From the human T2T-CHM13v2.0 reference genome, Homo sapiens: a DNA stretch of 64,000 bases. The position numbers and the translations under genes were made by a program. Positions 1 through 13,900 of this stretch are shown in pieces. Each line of letters starts with the position of its first letter. Within the stretch, counting starts at the first letter, position 1. The notes under the pieces are model-generated. The model did not search any database, was not told the origin of the DNA, and was given only the letters and a program-made list of their open reading frames with translations. The DNA lies in contig CP086569.2 in assembly GCA_009914755.4 (NCBI GenBank), positions 12,608,001 through 12,672,000 on the forward strand, read 5' to 3'.

Positions 1-1535
1 GGAATTGAATGGAATGGAATCGAATGAAATGGACTGGAATGTAATGGAATCAAGTGGAATGGACTCGAACAAAATGGAATCAAATGGATTTGAATCAAAA
101 GGAACGGAATGGAATGGAATGGAATGCAATGGACTCGAATGGAATTGAGTCCAATGAAACGGAATTGAATAGAATGGAATGAAATGGAATGTATTTGAAT
201 GGAATCACGAGGAATAGAATGGAATGGAGTGAAATGGAATGATATCGAATGTAATGTAATGGAATGTAATGGAATGGACTCGAATGGAATTGAATGGAAA
301 GGAATGGACCCGAATGAAACTGATTGGTGTGGAATGGAATCGAATGGAATGGAAAGGAAAGGAATGGAATGGAAAGGAATAGGATGGAATGGAATGGATG
401 GAATGGAATGGAATGGAATGGAATGGAGTCGAATGGAATAGAATCAAAAGGTTTGGCCTTCACTGGAATGGAATGGAATTTAATGGAATGGAATGGACTC
501 GAATGGAATGGACTCTAATGGGTTAGAATCGAATGGAATGGCATGGAATGGAAAGGAAATGAATGGAATGGAATGGAAAGGAATGTAAAGGACCCAAATG
601 TAATGGACTCGAATAGAATGGACTCAAATAGAATGGACAGAAAAGGAAAGGTATCGAATATAATTTATTCAAATAGAAAGGAATAGAAAGTAATTCAATA
701 TTATGTAATGGAATCGAATGGAATGGAATCGAATGGAATGTACCAGAATGGAATGGACTGGGATAGAACGGACTCAAATGTGATGGATAGAAATGTATTT
801 GATTCAAATGCCTTGCAATCGAATGAAATGAAATCAAATGGAATGGAAGGGAATTAAATGGAATGGAAGATTATAGAAATCAATAGAATGGAAGGTAGTG
901 GAATTGAGTGGAATGGCATCGAATGGAATGTAATCGAATGGAATGGACTGGAAAGGAATGGATTCGAATGGAATGGAATGGAACAAAATGTAATAGAACG
1001 GATTGAAGTCGAACGGAAAGGAATGAAATGGAATGGAAAGGAATGGAATGAAATGCACTATAATGGAATGGAGTCGAATGTAATGGAATCGAATGTAATG
1101 GAATCAAATGGAATGGAATCTAGTGGAATGAAATTGAACAGAATCGAAAGGAAAAGAATGGAATGGAGTACAATGGAAAGATATCGAATGGAATGGAATA
1201 GAATGGAATGGACTTGAAAGGAATGGAGGGCAATGGAGTGGAGTTTAGTGGAATGCACTCGAATGGAATGGAAACAAATGGAATCGAATGGAATGGAATG
1301 AAATGGAAAGGAATGGAATGGGATGGACAGGAAGAGAATGGAATGGTATCACATGGAACGGAATTGAATGGACTGGAGATGAAATTAATAGAACACAATG
1401 GAATGGCATTGAATGGAATGGAATGCAAAGAAATGGAATAGACTCGAATGGAATGGACTCAAAAGGAATAGAATGGAATGGAATGGCATCCATAGGAATG
1501 GAATGCAATGGAATGGAATGGAATGGAATGGAATG

Positions 1536-1592
1536 GAATGGAATGGGATGGGATGGGATGGGATGGGATGGGATGGGATGGGATGGGATGGA
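1536..1592. repeat. Variant pentamer run (GGGAT)n, about 10 copies, embedded in HSat3
   Basis: The sequence 'ggaatgggatgggatgggatgggatgggatgggatgggatgggatggaatgg' is seen directly. Confidence 0.9.
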
Positions 1593-4500
1593 ATGGAATG
1601 GGATGGGGTGGTTTAAAATGTAATGGACACGAATGGATTGGACTCAAATACAATGGACTCGAAAGGAATGGTTTTTAATGGAATTTATTCGAATGGAATG
1701 GAATTGAAAGGAAAGCAATAGTATGGAATGGAATCGAATGGAATGCACCGGAATGGAATGAAAGCTATAGAACGGATTCGAATGTAGTGGATTGCAACAT
1801 AGTTGATTCTAATAAACAGGAATTGAATGGAATAGAATCAAATGGAATGGAATGGAATGGAATGGAATGGAACAGAGTGCAATTGAGTGGAATGAAATCG
1901 AATGGAGTGGAAAAGAATCGAATGAAATAATATGGAAAGGACCTTGATGGAATGGACTCGAATGGAATGGAATGGAAAAAAATAGAATCAAACGGATTGG
2001 AATCGAGCAGAAAGGAATGGAATGGAATAGACTGGAATAGAACAGACTCGAATGTAATATACTGCAATTTAATTGATTTGAATGGAAAGGAATTGTATGG
2101 AATGTATTCAAATGGATTGGAATCGAAAGCAGTGGAATGGAAGAGAGGGGAGTGCAATGGAATGAAACGGAGTAGAACTCAGTGGAATGGAATTGAATGG
2201 AATGCAATCGAATGGAATAGAATCAAATGGAATGGAATCGATTGGAAAGGACTGGTGTGGAATGGACTCGAAAGGAATGGAAACAATTGTAATGGAATGG
2301 AATGGAATGAAAAGGAATGAAATGGTGTGGAATCAGATGGAACAGAATGGAATGGAATGGATTCGAATGGAATAATATCCATTGGAATGACGTCGAATGG
2401 AATGGAATGGAATGGAGAGGAATGGAATGAAATGGTATATACTCGAATTGAATGAACTCCAATGGAATAGAATCGAATGGAATGGCATCGAATTGAATGG
2501 AATGGAATGGAATGGACCCAAAAATAGTGGACACAAAAGGAATGGACTCAAATAGAATGTATTCGAATGGAATGGTCTTGAATGGAATTTATTCGAATAC
2601 AATGGAATCGAAAGGAATTCAGTGGATTGGAATGGAATCGAATGCAATGGAATCGAATGGAATGAATCGGAATGGAATGGAAGGGAATACAATGGAATCG
2701 AACATAATGGAGTTCAATGTAATTGATTAGAATGGAATGGTATCGAATGGAATGTAATCAAATGGAATGGAAAGGAATGCAATGGAATGGAAAAGAATGG
2801 AATGCAATGGAATAGAATGGAGTCAAATTGAGTGGAATGGAATCATATGGAATTGATTCAAATGGAATGGATTCGTTTGGAATGCACTGGAATGGAATGG
2901 ATTAGAATGGAATGGACTGGAAAAAATTTGAATCAAAAGGTTTGGAATCGAATGGCACGGAATAAAATGGAATGGAATGGAATGGACACAAACGAAATGG
3001 AGTCGAATGGAATGGACTGGATTGGAATTGAATGGAATGGAAACGAGTGGTTTGGAATGGATTGGAATGGAATGGAATGCAGAATGGAATGGAATGGAAT
3101 GGAATGGAAATTAAAAGAATGGAATGCAATCGGATGGAATGGAAAGGAATGGAATGGAGTCGAATGGAATAGAATAGAATGCAATGTCATCAAATGGAAT
3201 GGAAAGGAATGGAATGGAATGGAATGGACTCGAATGGAATGGGTTCGAAGGGTATAGAGTCGAATGGAATGGCAATGAATGGAAAGGAGTGGAATGGAAT
3301 AGAATGGACTCAAATGTAATGGACTCAAATGGAATGGACTCAAGTAGAATGGACTCAAAACAATGGTCTCGAATGGTATTTCTTCGAATGCAATGGAATC
3401 GAATGGAATGCAATAGTATGCAATGGAATCTAATGGAATGGAATCGAAGGGAATGGACCGGAATGCAATGAACTGGAATGGAACTGACTCAAATGTAATG
3501 GATTGCAAAGTAATTGATTCGAATGGAATGGAATCGAATGACATGGAATGGAAACGAATGGAATGGAAAGGAATGGAATGGAATGGAAAAGAATAGAATG
3601 GAATGGAATCAGAAGGAACAAAATGGAATGGAATGAGGTTGAATGGAATAGAAACGAAAGGAATGCCAACAAATGGAATGGACTCAAATGGAATGGACTC
3701 GAATGTAATGGAAGAGAATGGAATGTCATTGAATGAAATGGAATAGAACAGAAGGAAATGGACCCAAATGTAATGGACTCGAATGGAATGGACTCAAACA
3801 GAATGGACTTGAAAAAAATGGTCTCCAATGAAATTTATTCGTATAGAATGGAACTGAATGGAATGCCATTGTATGGAATGGAATTGAATGGAATGGAACT
3901 GAATGGAACGGACCGGAATGGAATGGACTGGAATAGAACGGATTTGAAAGTAATTGTTTGCAATTTAATAGATTCGAATGGAATGAAATCGAAAGGAATG
4001 TAATCAAATGGAATGGAATGGAATGCAATGGAAAGGAATAGAATGGAATGCAAGGAAATGGAATAAAATGGAATTCAACGGAAAGAACGCATTGGAATGG
4101 GGTGGAATGGAAATGCATTGAATGGAATCGAATGCAATGGAATGGAATGGAATAGAATAGACTGGAATGGAAAGGAAACGAATGGAATGGGCTGGAAGAA
4201 TATTGAATAGAACTGATTGAAATCGAACCAAAAGGAATGGAATGGAATGGAGTTGAATGGAATGGAGTGGAATGGAATGCAACTGAAAGGAATGGAATTG
4301 AATGGAATCAAAAGGATTAGAACAGAATGGAGTGTAATGGAAAAATATCGAATGAAATAGAATGGACTCGATTGGAATGGACTATAATGGAAAGAACTCC
4401 AATGGAATGAACTGGAGTGGAATGGACTCGAATGGAATGGAAACGAAAGGAATGGAATGGAATGGAAAGGAATGGAATGGAATGGAATGGAATGGAATGG

Positions 4501-7500
4501 AATGGAATGGAATGGAATGGAATGGAATAAAATGGAACGGATTCAGGCGGAACAGAATGGAATGGAATGGAATCGAATGGAATAAAATCGAAGGCAATGG
4601 CATCAAATGGATGGAATGGAATAGAATGGAACGGACTTCAATGGAATAGAATCGAATGGAAGGGCATCAAATGGAATGGATTGGAATTGAAAGGAATGTA
4701 ATGGAATGGACCCAAATGTAATGGACTCGAATAGAATGGATTCAAATAGAATGTACTCGAAAAGAATGATCTCGAATGGAATTTATTCCAAAAGATTGCA
4801 ATCAAAAGGAATGCAATAGTATGGAATGGAATCGAATGAATTGAATTGAATGGAATGGACAGGAATGGAATGGACTGTAATAGAGTGGACATGAATGTAA
4901 TGGATTGCAATGTAATTGATTCGAAAGGAATGCAATCAATTGGAATGGAATGGAATGCAATGGAATGGAATAGAATGGAATGGAAGGGAATATAATGAAA
5001 TGGAATGGAAGGGAATATAATGAAATGCAATGGAATGGAATCGAATGAAATGGAATCCAATGGAATGGAATCGAACGGAATGGACTGAAATGGAAAGGAG
5101 TCGAAAATAATGGACTGGAAAAAAATGGAATCAAACGGATTGTAATCGAACGGAGCAGAATGGAATGGCACGGAAGAGAATGGAATCGAACAGAATGGAG
5201 TCGAATGGAATGGAATCCAATGGAATGGAATTGAATGGAGTTGAAAGGAATAGAATGGAATGGAGTGTCATGGAAAGGTATCAAATGGAATGGAAGAAAT
5301 GGAATGGACAGAAATACAATGGACTGGAATGGACTGGACTTAAATGGAATGGGCTGTAGTGGAATGGACTCGAATGAAATGGTAACAAATGGAATGGAAT
5401 GGAATGGAATGGAAAGTAATAGAATGGAATGGAATCAGATGGAAAGGAATGGAAAGGAATGGACTCGAAGGGAATAGAATAGAATGGAATGGCATCAAAT
5501 GGAATGGAATGGAATAGAATGGAATGGAATGGACTCGATGGGAATGTAGTCGAATGGAATGGAATCGAATTGATTGGAATTGAATAGAATGGATTTGAAT
5601 GGAATTGTAAGGAATAAAATGGAATGAAGTGTAATGGAAAGATATCGTATGGGACGGAATAGAATGGATTCCAAAGGAATGGACCGAAATGGAATGGACT
5701 CATATGGAATGGACTGCAGTGAAATGGACTCACATGGAATGGAAACAAATGGTATGGAATGGAATGGATTGGAATGGAATGGAATGGAATGGAATGGAAT
5801 GGAATGGAATGGAATGGAATAGAACAGAATAGAATGGATTGGAATAGAATGGAATGGAGTCAGATGGAATGGAATGGATTGGAATGGAGACGAATTGAAG
5901 ATAATCCAATGGAATTGCATCAAATGGAATGGAATGGACTCGAATTGAATAATCGAATGGAATAGAATTAACTGCAATGGCATGGCATCAAATGGAAAGG
6001 CATGGAATTGATTGGGATGTACCCGAATGAAATGGACTAGAAAGGAATGGACTCAAATAGAATGAAGTCAAAAGGAAGGGTCTCGAATGGAATTTATTCG
6101 AATAGACTGGAATTGAATGTAATGCAATAATATGGAATGGAATTGAATGATATGGAATCTAATGGAATGGACCCGAATGGAATGGACTGGAATACAATGG
6201 ACTCGAATGTAATGGATTGCAATGAAATTGATTCGAATGGAATGGATTCGAAAGGAAAGTAATCAAATGGAATGGAATGGAATGCAATTTAATTGAATAG
6301 AATGGAATTCAATGGAATGGAATGGAGTGGAATCGAGTTGAATGGAATTGAATGGAATGGGATTGAATCGTATAGAATCGAATGGAATGGACTGGAATGG
6401 AATGGACTCTAATGGAATGGACTGGAACAAAATGGAATTGAACTGAATGGAACAGAATGGAATGAAATGGAATGGAATCGAATGGAATGGAATTGAAAGG
6501 AATTGAAAGGAATAGAATAGAAAGGAGTCTAACGAAAAGATATTGAATGGAATGGAAAGGAATGGAATGGTCTGGAATGGAATGGACTGGAGGGGAATGG
6601 ACGTGAATCGAACGAAAATGAATGGAATGGGAAGAACAGGAAAGGAATGGAATGGAAAGGAATATAATGGAATGCTATTGTACAGAACAGAATGGAATGG
6701 AGTCGAATGGAATAGAATCAAAGGGAATGGCAGTGAATGGAATGGAATGAAATGGAATAGAATGTAATTAAATGAAATGGACTAGAATGGAAAGGATTTG
6801 AATGGAATCGAATGGAATGGAATCGCTTCAAATGGAACCGAGTGGAATGATATGGAATGGAATGGAAAGGAATAGGATGGAATGCAGTGGAATGGAATAG
6901 AGTTGAATGGAATAGAATCCATTGGAATGACATCGAATGGAATGGAATGGACTTGAATGGATGGACTCAAATGGAATAGAAACGAATGTAATGGCATCGA
7001 ATGGAATGGAATGGAATGGATTGAAATGGAACGGACTTCAATGCAACACAATCGAATGGAATAGATTCGAATGGAATGGCATCGAATGGAATGGATATGA
7101 ATGTTCTGGAATGGACCCAAAAGTAATTGACTCGAATGGAGTGGATTCAAACAGAATGGATTCGAATGGAATGGCCTCGATTGGAATTTATTCAAATAGA
7201 ATGGAATCGAATGGAATGCAATACTACGAAATGGAATAGAATGAAATGGAATCGAATGGAATGGACCTGAATAGAATGGAATGGAATAGAACGGGCTCGA
7301 ATATAATGGATTGCAATGTAACTGATTATAATGGAAAGGAATCGAATGGAAAGTAATCAAAGGGAATGGAAAGGAATGCAATGGAATGGAGTAGAATGGA
7401 ATGCAATGGAATGGAACGGAATGGAATCGAGTGGAAAGGAATCGAATGGAACGGAATTGAATGGAATGAAATCTGCTGGAAAGAACTGGAATGCAATGGA

Positions 7501-10500
7501 CTCGAATGGAATGAACTGGAACAAATGGAATCGAAGGGATTGGAATCAAACTAAATGGAATGTAATGGAATGGAATGTCCTCGAATGGAATGGAGTCGAA
7601 TGGAATGCAAATGAGTGGAATCGAAAGCAATAGAATGAAATGGAGTGTAATGGAAAGATATCAAAAGTAATGGAATGAAACGGAATCGAACGGAATGGAG
7701 TGGAAAGGAATGGACTCAAATGTAATGAACAGGAGTGCAATGGACTCGAATGGATTGGAAAATAATGGAATGGAATGGAATGGAATGGAATGGAATGGAA
7801 TGGAATGGAATGAAATGGAAAGGAATAGAATGGAACAGAAATGGATGGAACAGAATGGAAGGGAATGGAGTCGAATGGAATAGAATCGAATGGAATGACA
7901 TCAAATGGAATGGAATGGGATGGACTAGAAAGGAATGGACTTGTAGGGAATTGAATACAATGGAACGGAATGGAATGGAATGGAAAGGAAGAGAATGGAA
8001 TGGATTAGAATGGAATGGAATGGACCCAAATGTAATGGACTGGAATGAAATAGATTCAAATAGAATGTCCTCGAAAGTAAAGGTCTCGAATTTTATTCCA
8101 CTTAAATGGAATCGAATGTAATGCAATAATAGGGTATGGAATTGAATGGAATGGAATTCAATACAATGGACAGAAATGGAATGGACTGCAATACAACAGA
8201 CTCCAAGGTAATGGAATGATATGTAATTAATTCAAGTGGAATGGATCCAATGGAATGTAATCAAATGGAATTGAATTTCATGCAATGGAAAGGAATAGAT
8301 TGGAAAGCAATGACATGGAACAGAATGGATTCGAGAGAAATGGAATCGAACGGAATGGAATTGAAAGGAATGGAATCAAATGGAATGGAATGGAATGGAA
8401 TGGAATGGATTCGAATGAAATGGACTGGAATGAAATAGAATTGAACGGATTGGAATGGAATGGAATGCAATGGAATGGAATCGAATGGAATGGAGTCAAA
8501 TGGAGTGGAATCGATTGGAATGGAATTGAATGGAATCAAAATGAATAGAATGGAATGGAAGGGAATGGAAAGATATCGAATGAAATGGAATGGAATGGAC
8601 TCGAAAGGAATGGACTGGAATGGAATGGACTTGAATGGAATTTAATGGAGTGGAATGGCACTCCAATGGATTGGAAACGAATGGAATAGAATGGAAACAA
8701 TAGAATGAAATGAAATCGGATGTAACGGAATGGAATGGAATAGAGTAGAATGGAATAGATTCAAATAGAATGTCTTTGAATGGAATGGAATGGAATCAAA
8801 CGGAATGGAATCAAATGGAATGCAAAGGAATGAAATGAGAAGGAATACAATGAAATGGAATGGCATGGAATGGTATGGAATGGAATGGTGTCGAAAGAAA
8901 TAGAATCGAATGGAATGACATCGTTTCGAAAGGAAAGGAATGGAATGGAATGGAATAGAATGGAATTGACGCAAGTGGAATAGAATAGAATGGAATGGTT
9001 TAGAATGGAATGGAATGGAATGGAATGGAAAGGAATGGACCCAAATGTAATGGACCCGAATGGAATGAAATCAAATACAATGCCCTAGAAAGGAATGGTC
9101 TCGAATGGAATTTATTTGAATAGAATGGAATCGAATTTAATATAATTTTATGGTATGGAATCGAATGGAATGGAATCGAACGGAATGGATCGGAATGAAA
9201 TGGAATGAAATAGAACAGACTCGAATGTAATGGTCTGCAATGTAATTTATTCGAATGGAATGGAATCAAATGGAATGTAATCAAATGGAGTTGAACGGAA
9301 TGCAACAGAATGGAATAGAATGGAATGCAGTATAAAGGAACGGAGTTCAATAGAGTGAAATGGAATCGAATGAAATGGAGTCGAATGGAATGAAATTGAA
9401 TGGAATGTACAGGAATGGAATGGACTCGAATGGAACGGACTGGAACAAAATGGAATCGAATGGATTGATATAGAACTGTACAGAATGGAATGGAATGGAA
9501 GACAATGGATCCGAAAGGAATGGAGTTGAATCGAATGGAACTGAATCTAATGGAATTGAATGCTGTCGAAAGGAATAGAATGGAATGGAGTGTAATGGAA
9601 ACGTATCGAATGGAATGGAATGGAATGGACTCGAATGGAATGGGCTGGAGTGGATAGGGCTGGAATAGAATGGACCTGAGAGGTATGGACTCGAATAGAA
9701 TGGAAACAAACGGAATTTAATAGAAAGGAATAGAATGGAATGCAAACGGATGGAACGGAACGGAATGGAATATATCCCAATGGAATAAAATTGAATGGAA
9801 TTGCATCGAATTTAATGCAATGGAATGGAATGGACTTGAAAGGGATTGACTAGAATGGAATAGATAGACTGGAATGGCACTCAATGGAATGGAATGGAAT
9901 GGACAAAATGTAATGGACTAGAATGGAATTGACTCAAATAGAATGGACTCGAAAGAATGGTCTGGAATTGAATATATTCAAATGGAATGGAATTGAATAT
10001 GAAGCAATAGTATGGAATGGAATCGAATGGAATGGAATCAAACGGAATGGACCAGAATGCAATGGATTGCAATAGAATGGACTCGAATGTAATGGATTGC
10101 ACTGTAATAGATTCAAAGAGAATGGAACCGAATGAAATGCAATCAAAGGTAATAGAATGGAAGGACATGGAATAGAATAGGATGTGACACAATGGAATGG
10201 AATAGAATGGAATGCATTGGAATGGAACGGAGAGGAATCGAGCAGAATGGAATCCAACGGAAAGGAATTGAAGGGAATGGAATCGAATGGAATGGACTGG
10301 AATGGAATGGACTGAAATGCAAATGACTGGAACAAACTAGAATCGAACGGAATGGAATCAAACGGCATGGAATGGAATGGATTGGAGTGGAATGGAACGG
10401 AATGGAAGGAAAGGACTCGACTGAAATGGAACCGAATGGAATGGAATTGAAAAGAATGGAATTGAAGGAATTTAAAAAAAGAGAATAGAATGGAATGGAA

Positions 10501-10839
10501 TGGAAAGAAATCGAATCTAATGGAATGGTCTCGAATGGAATGGACTAGAATGTAATGGACCTGAATGGAAGGGACTGGAGTGGAATGGACACAAATGGAA
10601 TGGAATGGTATGGAATAGATTGGAATGGAACAGAATGGAATGGAATTGGAAAGAATGAATGGAATGGAATGGAGTCAAATGGAGTAGAATCGAGTGGAAT
10701 GGCATCGAAAGGAATGGAATAGAAATGATTCAAGTGGAAGGGACTCGAATGCAATGGACTTGAATGGAATAGAATGGAATTGAATGACTTGGAATGGAAT
10801 GGACTCGAATGGAATGATCATGAATGGAAAAGATTGGAA

Positions 10840-10912
10840 GGAATGGAATGGAATGGAATGGAATGGAATGGAATGGAATGGAATGGAATGGAGTGGAGTG
10901 GAGTGGAGTGGA
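10840..10912. repeat. Pure (GGAAT)~10 followed by (GGAGT)4 variant run
   Basis: Directly visible: 'ggaatggaatgg...ggaatggagtggagtggagtggagtggaatag'. Confidence 0.9.
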
Positions 10913-13900
10913 ATAGAATGGACCTAAATTTTCTGGAATCGAATGGAATGGACTCAAACAGAATGGACTCGAAAAAATGGTTTCGCTTTGAATTTATTTG
11001 TATTGAAGGTAATCGAATGGAAGGTAACAGAATGGAATGGATTTGAATGCAATGAAGTCAAATGGAATGGACTCGAATGGAATTGACAGGAATGGAATGT
11101 ACTTCAAAGGAATGGACTGGAGTGGATTGGACTCGCATGCAATGGAAACGATTGGAATGGAATGGAATGCAATGGAATGGAATTGAAAGTAATAGAATGT
11201 AATGGAATTGGATGAAAAGAAAGGGAAGAGAATGGAATCGAATGCAATATAATCGAATTGAATGGCATCGAATGTTATGAAATCGAAAGGACTCGAATGG
11301 CATGGACTCAATTGGAATGGCATCGAATTGAATGGAATGGAATGGAATGGACCCAAATGTAATGGACTTGAAACGAATGGACTGAAATAGAATAGACTCA
11401 AAAGCAATGGTCTTGAATGGCATTTATTCGAATAGAACGGATTCGAATGGAATGCAAAAGTATGAAATGGAATCGAGTGGAATCGAAAGGAATTGAATGG
11501 AATGGATTAGTATGAACTCGAATGTAATGGATTGCATTGTAATTGATTTGACTGGAATGGAATCACATGGAATGTAATCAAATGGAATGGAATTGAATGC
11601 AATAGAATGGAGTAGAATGGAATGCAATGGAATGGAATGGAGTGGAATCGAGTGGAATGGAATCGAATGGAATGAACTGGAATGGAATGGACACTAATGG
11701 AATGGACTGGAAGAAAATGGAATCGAATTGATTAGAATCGAACGGAATGGAATGGAATGGATTGGATTGGACTCGAATGCAGTGGAGTCGAATGGAATGG
11801 AACTGAAAGGAATGGAATCTAATGGAATGTAATTGAATGGAATGGAAAGGAATAGAATGGAAAAGACTGTAATGGAAAGATATGGAATGGAATGGAATGG
11901 AATGGAATGGAATAGAATGGAATGGACTGGAAAGGAATAGACTGGAAAGGAATGGACTGGAGTGGAATGGACTCGAATCAAAAGGAATGGAATGGAAAGG
12001 AATAGAACAGAATGGAATTGGATGGAACGGAATGGAATGGAGTGGAGTCGAATGGAATAGAATCCAATGGAATGGCATTGAATGAAATGGAATGCAATTG
12101 AATGGAGTTGAATGGACTCGAATGGAATGGACTCAAGTGGAATAGAACAGAAGGGAATGTCATCGAAAGGAATGGAATGGAATGGAATGGAATGCAATGG
12201 AATGCAATGGAATGCAATGGAATGGAATGGATTGGAATGGACACAAATGTAATGTACTCGAATGGAATTTACTCAAATAGAAAGGACTTGAAAGGAATGG
12301 TGTTGATTGCAGTTTATTCGAATAGAATGTATTTGAATGGAATGCAATAGTATGGAATGGAATGGAATGGAATGGAATGGAATGAAATGGAAATTACTGG
12401 AATGGAATGGAGTGGAATAGAATGGACTCGAATATAATGGTTTACAATGTAACTGTTTTGAACGTATTGGATTCAAAAGTAATGAAATCAAATGGAAAAG
12501 AATGGTAGGAAATGTAATGTAATAGAATGGAATGCAATACAATGGAACGGAATGGAATCGAGTGGAATGTAATCAAATGCAATGGAATCGAAAGGAATGT
12601 AATCCTATGGAATGGACTGAAATGGAATGGACTCGAATAGACAGGACTGGAAAAAAATATAATCAAACAGATTCGAATCTAACGGAATATAATGGAATGG
12701 AATTGAATAGAAGGGACTCAAAAGGAATGGAGTCAAATGGAATGGAACCGAATGTAATGCAATCGAATGAAATTGGATTGAAGGGAATCAAAAGGAATAG
12801 AATGCTATGCAGTGTAATGGAAAGATATTGAATAGAATGGAATGGAATGGACTCGAATGTAATGGAGTCGAATGGAATGGAATACAAGTAAATGGAATCG
12901 AATGGAATGGAATTGAATAGAATGGAAAGGAATAGAATAGAATAGAGTAGAATGGAAAGATATTGAATGGAAAGGAATGCAATGCAATGGACTCGAATGG
13001 AATGGAATGGAGTGGAATGGACCTGAATGGAATGAAACGAATGGAATGGAATGGAATGGAATACAATAGAATAGAGTAGAATGGAATGGAATCAGATGGA
13101 ATGGAATGGAATGGAATGAACGGGGAGGAATGGCATAGAATCGAATGGAATGGCATTATATGGAAAGGAATAGAATGGAATGGTTTCGAATGGAATGGAC
13201 TCGAATGGAATAGAATCGAATAGAATGGCATCGAATGGCATGGAATGAAATGGAGCGGAATGGATTATAATGGACCAAAATGTAACGGACTCGAAAGGAA
13301 TGGACTCCAAAGAAGTGGTCTGAAATGTAATCTATTCGTATGGAATGGAATCGAATGGAATGCAATAGTATGGAATGTAATCGAATGGAATGGAATAGAG
13401 TCGAATGGACTGGCATGGAATTTAATGGAATAGAACGGACTCGAATGTTGTGGATTGCAATGTAATTGATTCAAATGGAATGGAATCAAATAGAATGGAA
13501 TCGAAGGTAATGGACTGGAGTGGGATGGACTCGAAAGGAATGGAATGGAGTGGAATGGAATCGAATGTAATGTATTGGAATGGAATGGAATGGAAAGGAA
13601 TAGAATGGAATGGAATTGGATGGAATGGAATGGAGTCGAATGGAATAGAATCGAATGGAAAGGAATCAAACGGAAGGGAATGGACTCGAATGGAATAGAA
13701 TAGAATGGAATCGCATCGAATGGAATGAAATGGAACCCAATGGAATGGAATGGACCCAAATCTGATGGACTGGAATGGAATGGACTCAAATAGAATGGGC
13801 TCAAAACCAATGGTCTGAAAGGGTACCTATTCGAATAGAAAGGAGTTGAATGGAATTTAATATTATGCAAAGGAATCGAATTGAATGGAAACGATTGGAA

